Shown here: positions 37,896 through 48,029 of the stretch, one piece after another
How positions within the stretch are numbered: position 1 is the first letter of the stretch
How the letters are laid out: every line of letters begins with the position of its first letter
From: a virus
Lineage: Duplodnaviria; Caudoviricetes
IMG/VR virus record: IMGVR_UViG_3300030106_005551
Span: 6,887 to 70,886 of that record
Length of the DNA stretch: 64,000 nt
Direction: 5' to 3' (one strand)
Program-made: the position numbers and the translations under genes
Notes under the pieces: model-generated
Databases searched by the model: none
Told to the model about the DNA's origin: nothing
The model's input: the letters and a program-made list of their open reading frames with translations, nothing else

Positions 37896-38672
37896 TTATG
37901 ACGATGGGGTCATTAACCCTATATCCACTCTTGTCATTTTTTCTACCGCTAGCTGAACTATTTCTCTTTGATGATGCTCTTTAAAAGATCTAGGTTGTCC
38001 AGGTGTAGACGAGCCAGTAAAAGCTTCATTTAAAGTAGGTAGTTGCAGTGTTTGTATATGAACTGATCTTATAGGTATAGCGGGCAAAATCAGCAAATTA
38101 TTTTCTAAATACGCCCAACATGGATTAGTATTAGAAGGTTTATTAAAGGGATCATCTGTATTTTGTACTTCTTTATAATCTCTTATTGATTTATTTTTTA
38201 CAGATATAAAAGGTCCAAAATCAACATCTCCTACACCAACTCCCGCGTTTGGATTTCCTGTAGAGTCTAAAACTTCATCATAATTATAAAAGCTTACAGA
38301 TACATGTAATACATATAAGTGCTGTTTTGGTAAAACGTATTGATTTCCAGATTCCCAATATCCCTTTGTAGACGTAAACGTATTTATGTCAAACTTTTCT
38401 GATAAGGCTGGATAGTCAATAGCTCCTGGAGCATTATATATAAGGGCTCCCCCTATAATCTCTGCCTTAGTTAATCCAAAAGTAGCATCGTTTATTAAGC
38501 CAGATAACGCAGACCTAGAATCTTCATCAACTAGCATTTTTTCATAATGCATGTTTACAAAATCTGAAATCGCAAGATTTAAAAATTTATCTTTTTCTTC
38601 TGATGTAAAATACGGCTGATCTGCTTTATCTAAAAGCAAATCTATTAATTCTTTAGCCTGGTCTAGCGTCAT
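37896..38672 (-). CDS. Head-tail ring/adaptor protein
   Basis: LIDLLLDKADQPYFTSEEKDKFLNLA N-terminus; HQREIVQLAV C-terminus. Confidence 0.65.
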   Translation of the reverse strand: MTLDQAKELIDLLLDKADQPYFTSEEKDKFLNLAISDFVNMHYEKMLVDEDSRSALSGLINDATFGLTKAEIIGGALIYNAPGAIDYPALSEKFDINTFTSTKGYWESGNQYVLPKQHLYVLHVSVSFYNYDEVLDSTGNPNAGVGVGDVDFGPFISVKNKSIRDYKEVQNTDDPFNKPSNTNPCWAYLENNLLILPAIPIRSVHIQTLQLPTLNEAFTGSSTPGQPRSFKEHHQREIVQLAVEKMTRVDIGLMTPSS

Positions 38673-38679
38673 ATATTAT

Positions 38680-39459
38680 TTACTTTTTCTTATTACCAAA
38701 CCATCCTTTAGGTTTAGTAGTTTCGTTTTCTAGTTGGTTAATAGTACTAGTAGACATAGTTTGTGGTTGAGGTGTTTCTTCAACAGCCACTCTTTCAGCT
38801 ACAGGAACCTCTTCTACAGCTGGTTTACCAGTTCTTAACTGTCTTCTAAGCAGAGCGTATATATCTGCGTTTTCTTTTAACCATACAATTGCTTGTTCGT
38901 CAGCCAGTCCAATATTTAAAGACCCGTGTTTCCAAACACCATTAACATTTGTTAATACATTTTTTGCCACTGCTTTCTTTAAAAATATTCTGTACTCTTG
39001 ATCTATATCATTTATTAATGATAAAAAATTATCTGGAGTTGTATTAGCATATTGAATAATTTTGGCTTTTAACATAGTATCTTCTATGTCTGAATCCATA
39101 CCTATTAATATTGCTAAATCTTTCATGGCATTCATAGATAGGTCGGTAGCCTTTGTAATTGCTTCTGCGCTTTTTAAAGCACTTTCAGCATTTTTTTCAT
39201 CGTTTGCTCTTAAATCTTCAATGGTAAATTTACCACTCAATAATGGATGATCTTTTAAAAATTCGTAAACTCTCTTGTCTTGTTTTTGATTAATATCTAA
39301 AGACACAACAGCCTGAAACATTTCATAGCCATCTGTCATTTGATCATTAATATCTACTAAATTTACATTTCTTCCCTGCCTATCTTTATAATTACCAAAT
39401 TTACAGTAATTAAATTTATCAGGTCTTTTTGATTTGATTAATACAATGTGTTTTTTCAT
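38680..39459 (-). CDS. Conserved crAss-like protein downstream of the capsid gene
   Basis: MKDLAILIG..LKAKIIQYA..PDNFL..AVAKNVL..NIG..AIVWLKEN pattern and position. Confidence 0.6.
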   Translation of the reverse strand: MKKHIVLIKSKRPDKFNYCKFGNYKDRQGRNVNLVDINDQMTDGYEMFQAVVSLDINQKQDKRVYEFLKDHPLLSGKFTIEDLRANDEKNAESALKSAEAITKATDLSMNAMKDLAILIGMDSDIEDTMLKAKIIQYANTTPDNFLSLINDIDQEYRIFLKKAVAKNVLTNVNGVWKHGSLNIGLADEQAIVWLKENADIYALLRRQLRTGKPAVEEVPVAERVAVEETPQPQTMSTSTINQLENETTKPKGWFGNKKK

Positions 39460-39487
39460 TTTCTTTCTTTTTAGTTAATACTCCCTG

Positions 39488-39688
39488 TTATTTATTGTGC
39501 ACTTTTCCTCCTTTTCTTTCTTTTACTATATTTCCGTTTTCTATCCAAGTTTTGTTAGAAGATTCTGTTTTCCATTTAAATCCAGATCTACCTCCTATTG
39601 AAAATACTTGCGGACTTGGTTCTTTTACCAATTCGTCTTCTTTTAACTCTACTACTTTCCCGTTTCTTACTACTAGTCTTGTTTTCAT
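39488..39688 (-). CDS. Small basic hypothetical protein
   Basis: ORF track; has its own -7 box 4 nt upstream. Confidence 0.6.
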   Translation of the reverse strand: MKTRLVVRNGKVVELKEDELVKEPSPQVFSIGGRSGFKWKTESSNKTWIENGNIVKERKGGKVHNK

Positions 39689-39692
39689 TTTA

Positions 39693-39700
39693 CAAATATA
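39693..39700 (-). promoter_or_regulatory. Bacteroidota -7 promoter box TATATTTG
   Basis: Only 4 nt before the ATG at 39688. Confidence 0.65.
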
Positions 39701-39708
39701 AGAATTTT

Positions 39709-39728
39709 GGGGGAACCGAAGCTCCCCC
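39709..39728 (-). other. cUUCGg stem-loop after 39755..40252
   Basis: GGGGGAGC-TTCG-GTTCCCCC on the minus strand; no U-tract follows. Confidence 0.7.
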
Positions 39729-39754
39729 GAAACTCAAATTTACATTACAAACTA

Positions 39755-40252
39755 CTATCCACTATGGTCTGCTCCACCATCGGCTACAGCACCTTGTACA
39801 CAGTAATAGTTTGATCCATCACAGATAACTTCTGCCCAATCACCTAATGTTGCGTTTGAAGCAACAAAAGTTATTTTGTCAGAATCTGCAGCAATTGCAG
39901 TGTTAGTGTCACCCATTTCTATACCAACCATTTTGTCAGCAGTACCTCCGATAATATCTACATCGTTAGCACCTACTGTTCCTACAATGAATTTAGCATG
40001 CCAGCCAGATTCTGTTACAGCAGGTATTGTAATATCATAAGCACCAGCTTGTGATACGATAAAAACTTTACCACTATCTTCTGCTGTTAACTCTGTAGTT
40101 GCAGCTAATGGTTCTACGATTTTCGCAGTACGTAATTTTGGTACGTGGACCGCTTCTTCACCAGCAGCTAAGCTAGTTCCAGAAAGATCTGTACCTGTTA
40201 AGAATCCAGCTACCGCTGTTCTTAATTTGTTAAAACTAAATTTTAAAGCCAT
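39755..40252 (-). CDS. Putative capsid decoration/auxiliary protein
   Basis: TELTAEDSGKVFIV..YDITIPA..GWHAKFIV beta-rich pattern; two genes after the MCP. Confidence 0.55.
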   Translation of the reverse strand: MALKFSFNKLRTAVAGFLTGTDLSGTSLAAGEEAVHVPKLRTAKIVEPLAATTELTAEDSGKVFIVSQAGAYDITIPAVTESGWHAKFIVGTVGANDVDIIGGTADKMVGIEMGDTNTAIAADSDKITFVASNATLGDWAEVICDGSNYYCVQGAVADGGADHSG

Positions 40253-40273
40253 TTTAAAAATTTTTGTGATATT

Positions 40274-40298
40274 GGGGGGTTTTTATTTTTTACCCCCC
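40274..40298. other. GC-rich intergenic hairpin
   Basis: GGGGGGT/ACCCCCC stem with an 11-nt loop between 40370 and 40252. Confidence 0.55.
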
Positions 40299-40369
40299 CT
40301 TTATCTAGTTATTTACTAAGGTATTCATGCGCATAGGCTATCTATTCACAAATACCAATTAATTAATTA

Positions 40370-40666
40370 TTATGCGCTAATTGCAACAGCAGCACATGCA
40401 CTAACATTAGGCATAAAAATACTGTTGATATCATCGGCTACAATAAAAACACCTCTTGTTTCAGTTAAAACTCTACCAAGCTCTTTTAAGACCTCATCAC
40501 CTTTACCAGTGTCACAAGTAATATCTGCAGTTCCGATTCCGTTATCGTCACCAGCAAATGATATTTCTATGTTAGTATCACTAGTTGCAGAAATAAATCT
40601 TATTGCATTACCAGGTATCATAATTTTCTCGTCAGCGTCTTTTATTAAAACTAAACAATTTTTCAT
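40370..40666 (-). CDS. Hypothetical protein directly after the MCP
   Basis: ORF track; operon position. Confidence 0.65.
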   Translation of the reverse strand: MKNCLVLIKDADEKIMIPGNAIRFISATSDTNIEISFAGDDNGIGTADITCDTGKGDEVLKELGRVLTETRGVFIVADDINSIFMPNVSACAAVAISA

Positions 40667-40692
40667 ATTTTCTAAATTTTAAAGGTTAATAA

Positions 40693-42228
40693 TTACGATG
40701 CACTTAAGATACCACAAGACAATGGGTTTCTAACAATGATTCCAGTTTCTGAAAGCACGTGGCATTCAAATTTGTCATCAGCGTTAGCAGCCAACATTGC
40801 TTTTTGGTCATAAGGATTCACCATTCCAGCTACGTACTTCTTGATCATACTTCTGTTAACTCCTTCAGCTCCTTTAGTAACTAACTCAACGTTAGAAACA
40901 CCAGAAGTTTTTCCGAAGTCCATAAATACCATCTTAGCAGATTCTTTTAATCTGTTGTCACCAAATGCATTAGTTCCACCAGCAGAAGAATGTAAATTAG
41001 GGTCATCAAATACAGGGCAGTGAGCAACAGTAATTTTGTTACCTAGCGCGCTGTAAGAAACGAAGTTAGCTCCTAAGCTAACATCTCCATTTACACCATT
41101 CATAGATCCACCAGTCATTGCACCAGCAGGAGCAACAATAAGGTCTTTCATAGCTCTGTGGAATGCTAATCTACCTTCAGTTCCAGTAAATACAACCCAC
41201 TCATTACCTTCAGCAGCAGTTGCGTTTAATGAAATCTTAGCGATAAACTCAGTAATAATATCTTCTGTTAAAGATCCCATTGAATAAGATGCTTGGTTAG
41301 AAGAATCAATTTGAGCTAATAAACCATCTCCAGTAACAACTGAAGAAGCCATAGTACCTGAAGTACCTATAGCAGACGTGCTATAAGCTCCTGGTCTTTG
41401 GATAGAAGTGTCTGTAACAGACTTTCTACCATACCATCTTTGAAGCTCTTGTTGATACATAAACTCATCCATCATCATTTGCTCTTTAGTAAAGTACCAA
41501 AGTCTTGAACCGTTATTTTCAATCCAAGTTACATCAGTAAGGTCTTTACCAGTTACAGAACATTTCTTACGCATTGTAGTTAACCAATTTGAATGCGTAG
41601 ATGGGTATACGTAGTTTTCACCTACATCAGCACCATCAGACCCGTTAGGGAATGCAGAACCAATAGAAGCAATAATAGCCTCATCAGCAACGTCAGTTTC
41701 TAATAAAGCTTGTGCAGAAGCGTCTACCATTTCAAATTTTACAATATAGTCTGTAGTTGCAGCAGAACCTGAAGTATTAGCAATTGGATCTTCTTTTACA
41801 ATTGCAGTAGCTCCAGATTGAAATCTTACCATATCAAACTTATTTAAGAAGTTTCCTGTTCTACCAGTTGCAGTTCCATCTATAATGATTTCAAATACAT
41901 CACCGTTTGCATCAGCACCATCAAGAATAATTCCTGTTGAAGATGTTGGTGAAGAAGTAAAAGACGTATCAGCAGATACACCTTTAAAGAAACCTGTAGA
42001 ATATGATGGAGCATTGTACCTTCCCATCACTTTCCATTCAAAAGAGTTGTCCCCTAGGACTTTCTCCGATGCAAAACGACCAGTTCTTTCTAAAAGATAA
42101 GTCGCAGCATAACGAGGATACTGTTGAATAAGAGTTCTAGCAATCTCTGGGTATTGCATTAGAGCTGTATTCAAAGCATTCTCGGCAGTTGTTCCAGAAC
42201 CATAAGTTCCAGTATATAATTTTGCCAT
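40693..42228 (-). CDS. Major capsid protein (crAss-like HK97 fold)
   Basis: 511 aa; TYLLERTG, FEWKVMG, NWLTTMRKKCSVTG, WVVFTGTEG, HCPVFDDP; follows the scaffold and portal genes. Confidence 0.85.
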   Translation of the reverse strand: MAKLYTGTYGSGTTAENALNTALMQYPEIARTLIQQYPRYAATYLLERTGRFASEKVLGDNSFEWKVMGRYNAPSYSTGFFKGVSADTSFTSSPTSSTGIILDGADANGDVFEIIIDGTATGRTGNFLNKFDMVRFQSGATAIVKEDPIANTSGSAATTDYIVKFEMVDASAQALLETDVADEAIIASIGSAFPNGSDGADVGENYVYPSTHSNWLTTMRKKCSVTGKDLTDVTWIENNGSRLWYFTKEQMMMDEFMYQQELQRWYGRKSVTDTSIQRPGAYSTSAIGTSGTMASSVVTGDGLLAQIDSSNQASYSMGSLTEDIITEFIAKISLNATAAEGNEWVVFTGTEGRLAFHRAMKDLIVAPAGAMTGGSMNGVNGDVSLGANFVSYSALGNKITVAHCPVFDDPNLHSSAGGTNAFGDNRLKESAKMVFMDFGKTSGVSNVELVTKGAEGVNRSMIKKYVAGMVNPYDQKAMLAANADDKFECHVLSETGIIVRNPLSCGILSAS

Positions 42229-42314
42229 TTTTTTTAAATTTATTAATTAAACACTATTTTACTTTTGTTCAATTAACTTTCAACTATGAGCAGACTTTGT
42301 CTTACTTTTTAAGC

Positions 42315-43337
42315 TTACTCGCTCATGAACGCTTTAGGATCAAACCCGCCTGACTTTACTTTAAAGTTAGATTTGCCTTTTCCTGAGTTAAGGTTTGGCG
42401 AGACTATACTATCCATAATAGCGGCTTTGCCGTCTTCTAAACCTTGAGAACGAAGAATCTTTTCAATCTGCTTACGATACAACATAAACATAGCAACATC
42501 AGCAACATTGGCGTGATTAGCATATATTTCTTTGTGCATATCGCCTGTAGCATATCTATAAGCTTCTTCTTTCTGTTTTTTTGTTACTTTTCCGCCCATG
42601 AACTCATTCATGTTTTTTATTTGATTTTTTAGCTCTTTCTTTGCGTTCTCTGCTTGTTTTTTTCTTTGTTCTTTTTCTTGTTCGGCTTGCTGGTTTGCTT
42701 GTGCAGTTTGTTGGTCAATAGCATTATTAATAACTCTTCTAATGCTTTTAGCCTTCATTTTCATCATACCAGAGTCCTCTAATTTATCTAAAGACTCCTC
42801 TATTTCTGCATCTTCTATTCCATCTGCCTTTAATTCTTCAGCTACTAAATCTCTGTCTGAAAAATTTAAGTATGATTTTAATTCAGCAACCTGACTGCTT
42901 ACTGGAGCTTGTTGTTGTTGGGCTTGTTGTTGTAGTGCGTTTATAGCTTTTACAAACTCGTCTTTTGATGTTATCTCTACACCTAACTCTGCGCCAACTT
43001 TAGCCCAGTCTAATGATTCTTGAGCTGTTGGAGCTTCTTCAGTTTTTTCTGATCCTGAACCTTCCCAATCATACTCCTCTTCTTTTTCACCCTCTTCTTC
43101 GTTACTATCCCAAGACCAACCCTCCTCTTTTTCGTCACTATCTGACTTTTCCTCTTTAGCTTCTACCTTCTCTTTTGCTTGCTCAGCTTCACCTTCTGTT
43201 TTTTCTACTTCCTCTTCTTGTTTTTCTTCTTTGTAGTTTTCATCACCAGCAAAAGCTAATGGATTAAACTCGTCTTTCTTTTGTGTAGATTCAGTTGTTT
43301 CTACAACTTCCTCTACTAATTTTGATTCTTCTGCCAT
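42315..43337 (-). CDS. Acidic scaffolding-like protein
   Basis: Very Glu-rich N-terminal half and coiled coils; lies between portal and MCP. Confidence 0.65.
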   Translation of the reverse strand: MAEESKLVEEVVETTESTQKKDEFNPLAFAGDENYKEEKQEEEVEKTEGEAEQAKEKVEAKEEKSDSDEKEEGWSWDSNEEEGEKEEEYDWEGSGSEKTEEAPTAQESLDWAKVGAELGVEITSKDEFVKAINALQQQAQQQQAPVSSQVAELKSYLNFSDRDLVAEELKADGIEDAEIEESLDKLEDSGMMKMKAKSIRRVINNAIDQQTAQANQQAEQEKEQRKKQAENAKKELKNQIKNMNEFMGGKVTKKQKEEAYRYATGDMHKEIYANHANVADVAMFMLYRKQIEKILRSQGLEDGKAAIMDSIVSPNLNSGKGKSNFKVKSGGFDPKAFMSE

Positions 43338-43369
43338 TTTATTTTAATTTAATTAATACTCCCAACTTG

Positions 43370-43377
43370 CAAATATA
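43370..43377 (-). promoter_or_regulatory. Bacteroidota -7 promoter box TATATTTG for the capsid operon
   Basis: Lies in the gap between the portal stop and the scaffold start. Confidence 0.65.
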
Positions 43378-43388
43378 CAAAATAATTA

Positions 43389-45692
43389 TTATATTTTCTC
43401 GGCTGCTTTTTTGAGGCTGTCTGAACTTGTGGTTGATCCAGACTCTCTAGCCCTATCATTTTGTTCTTTTTTATCCTCATCTTCTTTATTTTTTCTTTCA
43501 ATATAATAATCGGCTGCCTTTCTATCCATTTCATTTCTTTCTTTTGTGTCATGAATATCTCTATCTACATCAGCCTGTATTTTTGCCACTTCTAATCTAG
43601 ATTCTGCACCTATTTGAGCAACTTTAAGTTTAGCCTCATTATCCATTTGTTTCAGTTGTGCTTCAGCCTCAAACTTAGCCTGCTCTATTTCAGCAGCAGC
43701 TTGCTGTGCTTGCATTTGCTCTTGCATAGTTTGCTGTTGTTGTTTTTGCATTTCTGTCATTGCTTGTTCTAACACTTTCTCTGCTTCAGTCATAGTGTCT
43801 GACCTTAATACTTTAATTACACCTAACATATCTATTGTTCCAGCTTGCAATGCAGATTGCGCTAATTGTTGAACTACTTGCTTCATAGAATCGTCCTTAC
43901 CACTATCACCTACATAGATACCGTAATCTTGCAAGGCAATATCTGGCATAACATTTAAAAATTTGTAAGCACCATCTCCTAAAATCATTCCAGCTTTTTT
44001 ACCTCCAGCCCAAGACACTTTCATTAGGTTGCATAATCTTTCTAATACTCTTTGCTTACACTCTCCATGAGAATAAAACCAGCTTTCTGTAATAGTTGCA
44101 GACTGAACAACACTTCTTTGTACATTTCCTACATATTCATATTGTCCTACAGCTCCTTCTCTTTGTCTTGTAACGCCTGAAATCTGACCAGCCATTTCCT
44201 CTAACATAACCTTTAAATTAATTAACTGCTGAACTGATTGTGAAAGCGTAAAGTCTACTTGCTGAAACTGATTAAAGGTTTGCATCTGATTTCCTTCATC
44301 TTTTGAATTAATAGGTATTATACCATCTGTTTTTAAATGATACAATACTTGTTGTATATCCATTCCCACATTAGTTGGTAATTGCGAAACATCATATACT
44401 ACCGCCTTACCACCAGAACGAGCCATAGCAAGTTCTATTTGATAAACAACTATATTGTATAGCATTTGTATATTATCAAGCATATCTACCATAGACATAC
44501 TATTACCAGTTGTATTATTTTTTATACATCCAACATAAGATAGTGGAGTTTTACCTGGATCATCTACACTTCTAACCTGATTATCACGTCTATTTGCATT
44601 TACTAAAATTTTACCACCTATCATAGTAGCTTCCCAAACATCATCCACCCATTTAGTTTGTATTTTTTCTCCTTTTCTTTTTCTATATGTATCTTTTACC
44701 ATTTTTCTAAACGGCCTAGAAGGATCGTATTTATTGTCAGACAATTTAAACTTTATAGCTCTTAATGATTTCCACTCCGCACTAACAACACGTATTCTGG
44801 CTTCTTTTCCATGCGCTACATCCACCCACTCAAAACTACTATTATAGTTTGCTAAATCTCCACCTAAATAAAGATTTCTCATTTTGTCTAGCTCTAATAA
44901 ATCATCTGTAGACAAACTATCTTTGTATTCGTCATTTATTTCATTAATTGACAGCCATCTTTCTTCTCCCACCCAAGTGGCGTCATCCAAATAATCTGAA
45001 TGAAAAGAATCGTCAAATATTATATTTCTAGGGTCCACTCTTCTTGCGTAGGGGTCGCCATTTTGTATGCTTATTTTATAAAACTCTTTTCCAGTTACTA
45101 ACAAGTCTCTAAATCCTTCTTTGAATACATCTTTTAGATTATATCTGTTTGTAACATACTCTAAACCATCTTGAGCTGTTTCCTCTATCATTTCACGATA
45201 GTTATACTTCATATACGTTTCAATATCTTCTGGAACTGGCATTCCTTGACCTTCCTGCAAAACATCTATATTCATTTGCTCTTGAATTTCTTTATGAAAA
45301 TCTCCCAATAAATCTCTCATCATTAATCCAACCTTATGATCGTGTTTTCTTATTACAGCAGCTTTATTAACCGTAGTAACTTTCATATCTAAAGGCCTTC
45401 TTAACTCCTCACCTAATAATAAATCAATTTTTGGAGATATGATAGGATAGTTTACAAGTCTTGCGGGATAAGTTAGTCCATACTGCTCTGTTATATAAGA
45501 ATAATCACCTTGACTTAAAACCCCATTATATATTTGGTAGTTTCTTATATCTTTTACTCTTGAGCTATGATAAGAGCCTCCTTCCGCGCCCATGTAGTTT
45601 GTTATTGCGTCTAAGACTTGTCTGCACCAGTCTTGTGTTTTGTCTTTTTCGGCAACCACCATTGATGGCATTGATTTGTATCTATTTTCCAT
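43389..45692 (-). CDS. Portal protein
   Basis: 767 aa; LVNYPIISPKIDLLLGEELRRP, SMVDMLDNIQMLYNIV, ISGVTRQREG; immediately after terL. Confidence 0.85.
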   Translation of the reverse strand: MENRYKSMPSMVVAEKDKTQDWCRQVLDAITNYMGAEGGSYHSSRVKDIRNYQIYNGVLSQGDYSYITEQYGLTYPARLVNYPIISPKIDLLLGEELRRPLDMKVTTVNKAAVIRKHDHKVGLMMRDLLGDFHKEIQEQMNIDVLQEGQGMPVPEDIETYMKYNYREMIEETAQDGLEYVTNRYNLKDVFKEGFRDLLVTGKEFYKISIQNGDPYARRVDPRNIIFDDSFHSDYLDDATWVGEERWLSINEINDEYKDSLSTDDLLELDKMRNLYLGGDLANYNSSFEWVDVAHGKEARIRVVSAEWKSLRAIKFKLSDNKYDPSRPFRKMVKDTYRKRKGEKIQTKWVDDVWEATMIGGKILVNANRRDNQVRSVDDPGKTPLSYVGCIKNNTTGNSMSMVDMLDNIQMLYNIVVYQIELAMARSGGKAVVYDVSQLPTNVGMDIQQVLYHLKTDGIIPINSKDEGNQMQTFNQFQQVDFTLSQSVQQLINLKVMLEEMAGQISGVTRQREGAVGQYEYVGNVQRSVVQSATITESWFYSHGECKQRVLERLCNLMKVSWAGGKKAGMILGDGAYKFLNVMPDIALQDYGIYVGDSGKDDSMKQVVQQLAQSALQAGTIDMLGVIKVLRSDTMTEAEKVLEQAMTEMQKQQQQTMQEQMQAQQAAAEIEQAKFEAEAQLKQMDNEAKLKVAQIGAESRLEVAKIQADVDRDIHDTKERNEMDRKAADYYIERKNKEDEDKKEQNDRARESGSTTSSDSLKKAAEKI

Positions 45693-45696
45693 AATT

Positions 45697-47514
45697 TTAG
45701 TTTATTTGCATTGGCACTCCGTTGTACCCCATTCTATAATATTTAAATCCTATATCTTTTGCTTCCGCCTCCCTTTCGCTTGCTTGCATTCTATAATTAT
45801 CTATATTATGAATTAAGCAAAGACCAAAGGCTATAGCTCGGTCAGTATTTTGCAATCCATAATTAGCAAGCTCATCTATTAAATCTATGAACCATATATC
45901 TTCAACACTTTCTCTTAGGTAATCATCTATTAAATCTTCCATTAGAGCTTTTACCTGTTTATTCATATGCACACCATATCTATTCCTAGTTTTTGTGCCA
46001 GGATTGTGCGCAGATTCTGGTTTTTCTTTTAAATACTTTAAGGCATTCATACGTTTAAAGTAATCTAAAATACCAATCTTGGTATATTCCACTAACATTC
46101 TAGCATTATAATATACAGCTAATTTTAAACAACCATCCCAAAAATCCTCTTTCTTTTTTGGCCTATCTGTGTATTCAGCAACTACGTAATCGCTTGACAT
46201 ATTAGTATTTGCAAATCTACGATAAATTATTGCACTACCCAAAGAATCTGATGCTCCAGCTTGATCTTGGTCATAAGAATCAATCCCTCCTATATCTAAA
46301 TTCTTGTATTCTGGCTCTGGATGTTTAAGTATTTTATATGGTCCATTAGGATGAGGTCTCCACTTCACTGTTGGATCAGCCTCTCCTAGTTCCCAATCTA
46401 AATAACCTCTTTGTATTTGACTCCTATGGTCCTTACTAGACAATATTCTTGATCTTTGTGCGTTTAATAAAGATATGTCAAATCTTGCTGAATGCGTATT
46501 TAAAAACGCCTCTTCTATTGTAAGCGGGTAGTTTTGTATATGTAAATTATACGCTTCATTATCTCCAGACCTTTGAATGTCATCTCTATCCGCTATTAAT
46601 TTTTTCCTTGCACCCTCCTCGTCTTCTTTACCAGTTTGTATATCAAAAAATCCATAATACGCTTTAGATGCTGGTATAAAGACAGGAATTAAATTATAAG
46701 CGTCATAGCTGTAATACATATCCATAAAGTCTTTAGAAGCTTTAGATATATCTCCCCCTGTTCCCCCAACGATAGGTATACCAAACTGAATATCTCCATC
46801 CATAAAGCACGCCTTAGATGACATATAGGCATTTTTAAGTTTTTTAAATTCACCCGCCTCTTCAAATACCATTAAAGACACACGCTCACCTTTAAACACC
46901 TCTGGATTGTCCATTGTTCTACAAATAATAGTAGACTGATAACCTCCTGTTTCCCATTTGCCATCTTTATTCTTTTGCTTGTATCCAGATCTCATTATAC
47001 CATCAGTGTCTTTAAGTACAGAGTGTTTAAAGTTAGGGTGTATACCATTAAGGCCTTTTCTGGTTTTGTCAAAAAATGCATCGGCTGTAGCTTGTAACCC
47101 TGCCGCTACGCCTACATCATTAAAGGGGTAAAATGTATATTCATGGGCAACAGCTCCAGAGTTCATATAAGAAAAGCCTTTATCTCTGGCTTTAATAACA
47201 ATCATACCCTTGCCCTCTTCTTTGCACAACTCTATTGTGTCAAAATACTCATGGTCCATTGTTCTGTACCAAGGATGTATTAAAGTTTTACGATTACCTG
47301 ATGTGCCATCATTACCAAGTATCATATAATAGTTAAGATAAAAATAATACTTACCAGATATTTTTTTCATGCCTTTTGGCTTGTAGCCATTCATACAACG
47401 ATCAGTTTCTTTTGCCCAGTACTCTTGATAAGCAACAGAATCAGGATTTAAGTCTGGATGCCCATTATTTGGAATAGGCCTATATTTTTGTGGGTTAAAT
47501 TTAATCTTACCCAT
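45697..47514 (-). CDS. terL: Terminase large subunit
   Basis: Walker A-like IKARDKGFSY, Walker B VFEEAG, coupling motif GGTGG, nuclease GIDSYD, C-terminal DRAIA. Confidence 0.92.
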   Translation of the reverse strand: MGKIKFNPQKYRPIPNNGHPDLNPDSVAYQEYWAKETDRCMNGYKPKGMKKISGKYYFYLNYYMILGNDGTSGNRKTLIHPWYRTMDHEYFDTIELCKEEGKGMIVIKARDKGFSYMNSGAVAHEYTFYPFNDVGVAAGLQATADAFFDKTRKGLNGIHPNFKHSVLKDTDGIMRSGYKQKNKDGKWETGGYQSTIICRTMDNPEVFKGERVSLMVFEEAGEFKKLKNAYMSSKACFMDGDIQFGIPIVGGTGGDISKASKDFMDMYYSYDAYNLIPVFIPASKAYYGFFDIQTGKEDEEGARKKLIADRDDIQRSGDNEAYNLHIQNYPLTIEEAFLNTHSARFDISLLNAQRSRILSSKDHRSQIQRGYLDWELGEADPTVKWRPHPNGPYKILKHPEPEYKNLDIGGIDSYDQDQAGASDSLGSAIIYRRFANTNMSSDYVVAEYTDRPKKKEDFWDGCLKLAVYYNARMLVEYTKIGILDYFKRMNALKYLKEKPESAHNPGTKTRNRYGVHMNKQVKALMEDLIDDYLRESVEDIWFIDLIDELANYGLQNTDRAIAFGLCLIHNIDNYRMQASEREAEAKDIGFKYYRMGYNGVPMQIN

Positions 47515-47725
47515 ACTTTAATTTTTTTGTTTTTCCTATACCAAACATACCAGCATTTTCTTCTTTTTTTGCTAACTTTGTATGATACCTATCTCTCAAA
47601 TCTACGCCATGTAGTTTTTGAGCTAAATCATTATATTCGTTAGCCTTATTCATATCAGCCTTCTTATAATGTTTTTTATAAGAGTTGTACAAATATTGTA
47701 AATCGTATTTATTTTTTTTAGCCAT
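47507..47725 (-). CDS. Small Lys-rich hypothetical protein
   Basis: ORF track; overlaps its neighbours. Confidence 0.65.
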   Translation of the reverse strand: MAKKNKYDLQYLYNSYKKHYKKADMNKANEYNDLAQKLHGVDLRDRYHTKLAKKEENAGMFGIGKTKKLKYG

Positions 47726-48027
47726 TAGCTATGCTGCACTCTAAAGCCGCCTGTTGATGTTGGCATTTTACAGCCATCATTACAGTTCCATTTACGTAAA
47801 GATTTATTAATTCTAGAGTTAGGATCATTTCTTTTTTTAGATCCTGTTAGTTTCTTTTTCATACCGCTCATTCTTGCACAAAAAGAAGCCTTTCTAGATT
47901 TTCTTTTACCTTTTGGATTTTTTTCCGTAACAGGAGCTTTAACGCCAGCACTCTTACGGCCTTTAGCATTTAAACCGCCAGAAGGACTTTTACCTTCTTT
48001 TCTCTGCCAAACTGGAGTACTAGCCAT
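47725..48027 (-). CDS. Small highly basic phage protein (DUF6321-like)
   Basis: WQRKEGKSPSGGLNAKGR, SFCARM, SRINKSLRKWNC; the family name is recalled, not searched. Confidence 0.7.
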   Translation of the reverse strand: MASTPVWQRKEGKSPSGGLNAKGRKSAGVKAPVTEKNPKGKRKSRKASFCARMSGMKKKLTGSKKRNDPNSRINKSLRKWNCNDGCKMPTSTGGFRVQHS

Positions 48028-48029
48028 GA

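Noticed and set aside
39709-39728. Intrinsic terminator
   Set aside because: No U-tract follows the stem in either direction; recorded as a stabilising hairpin.
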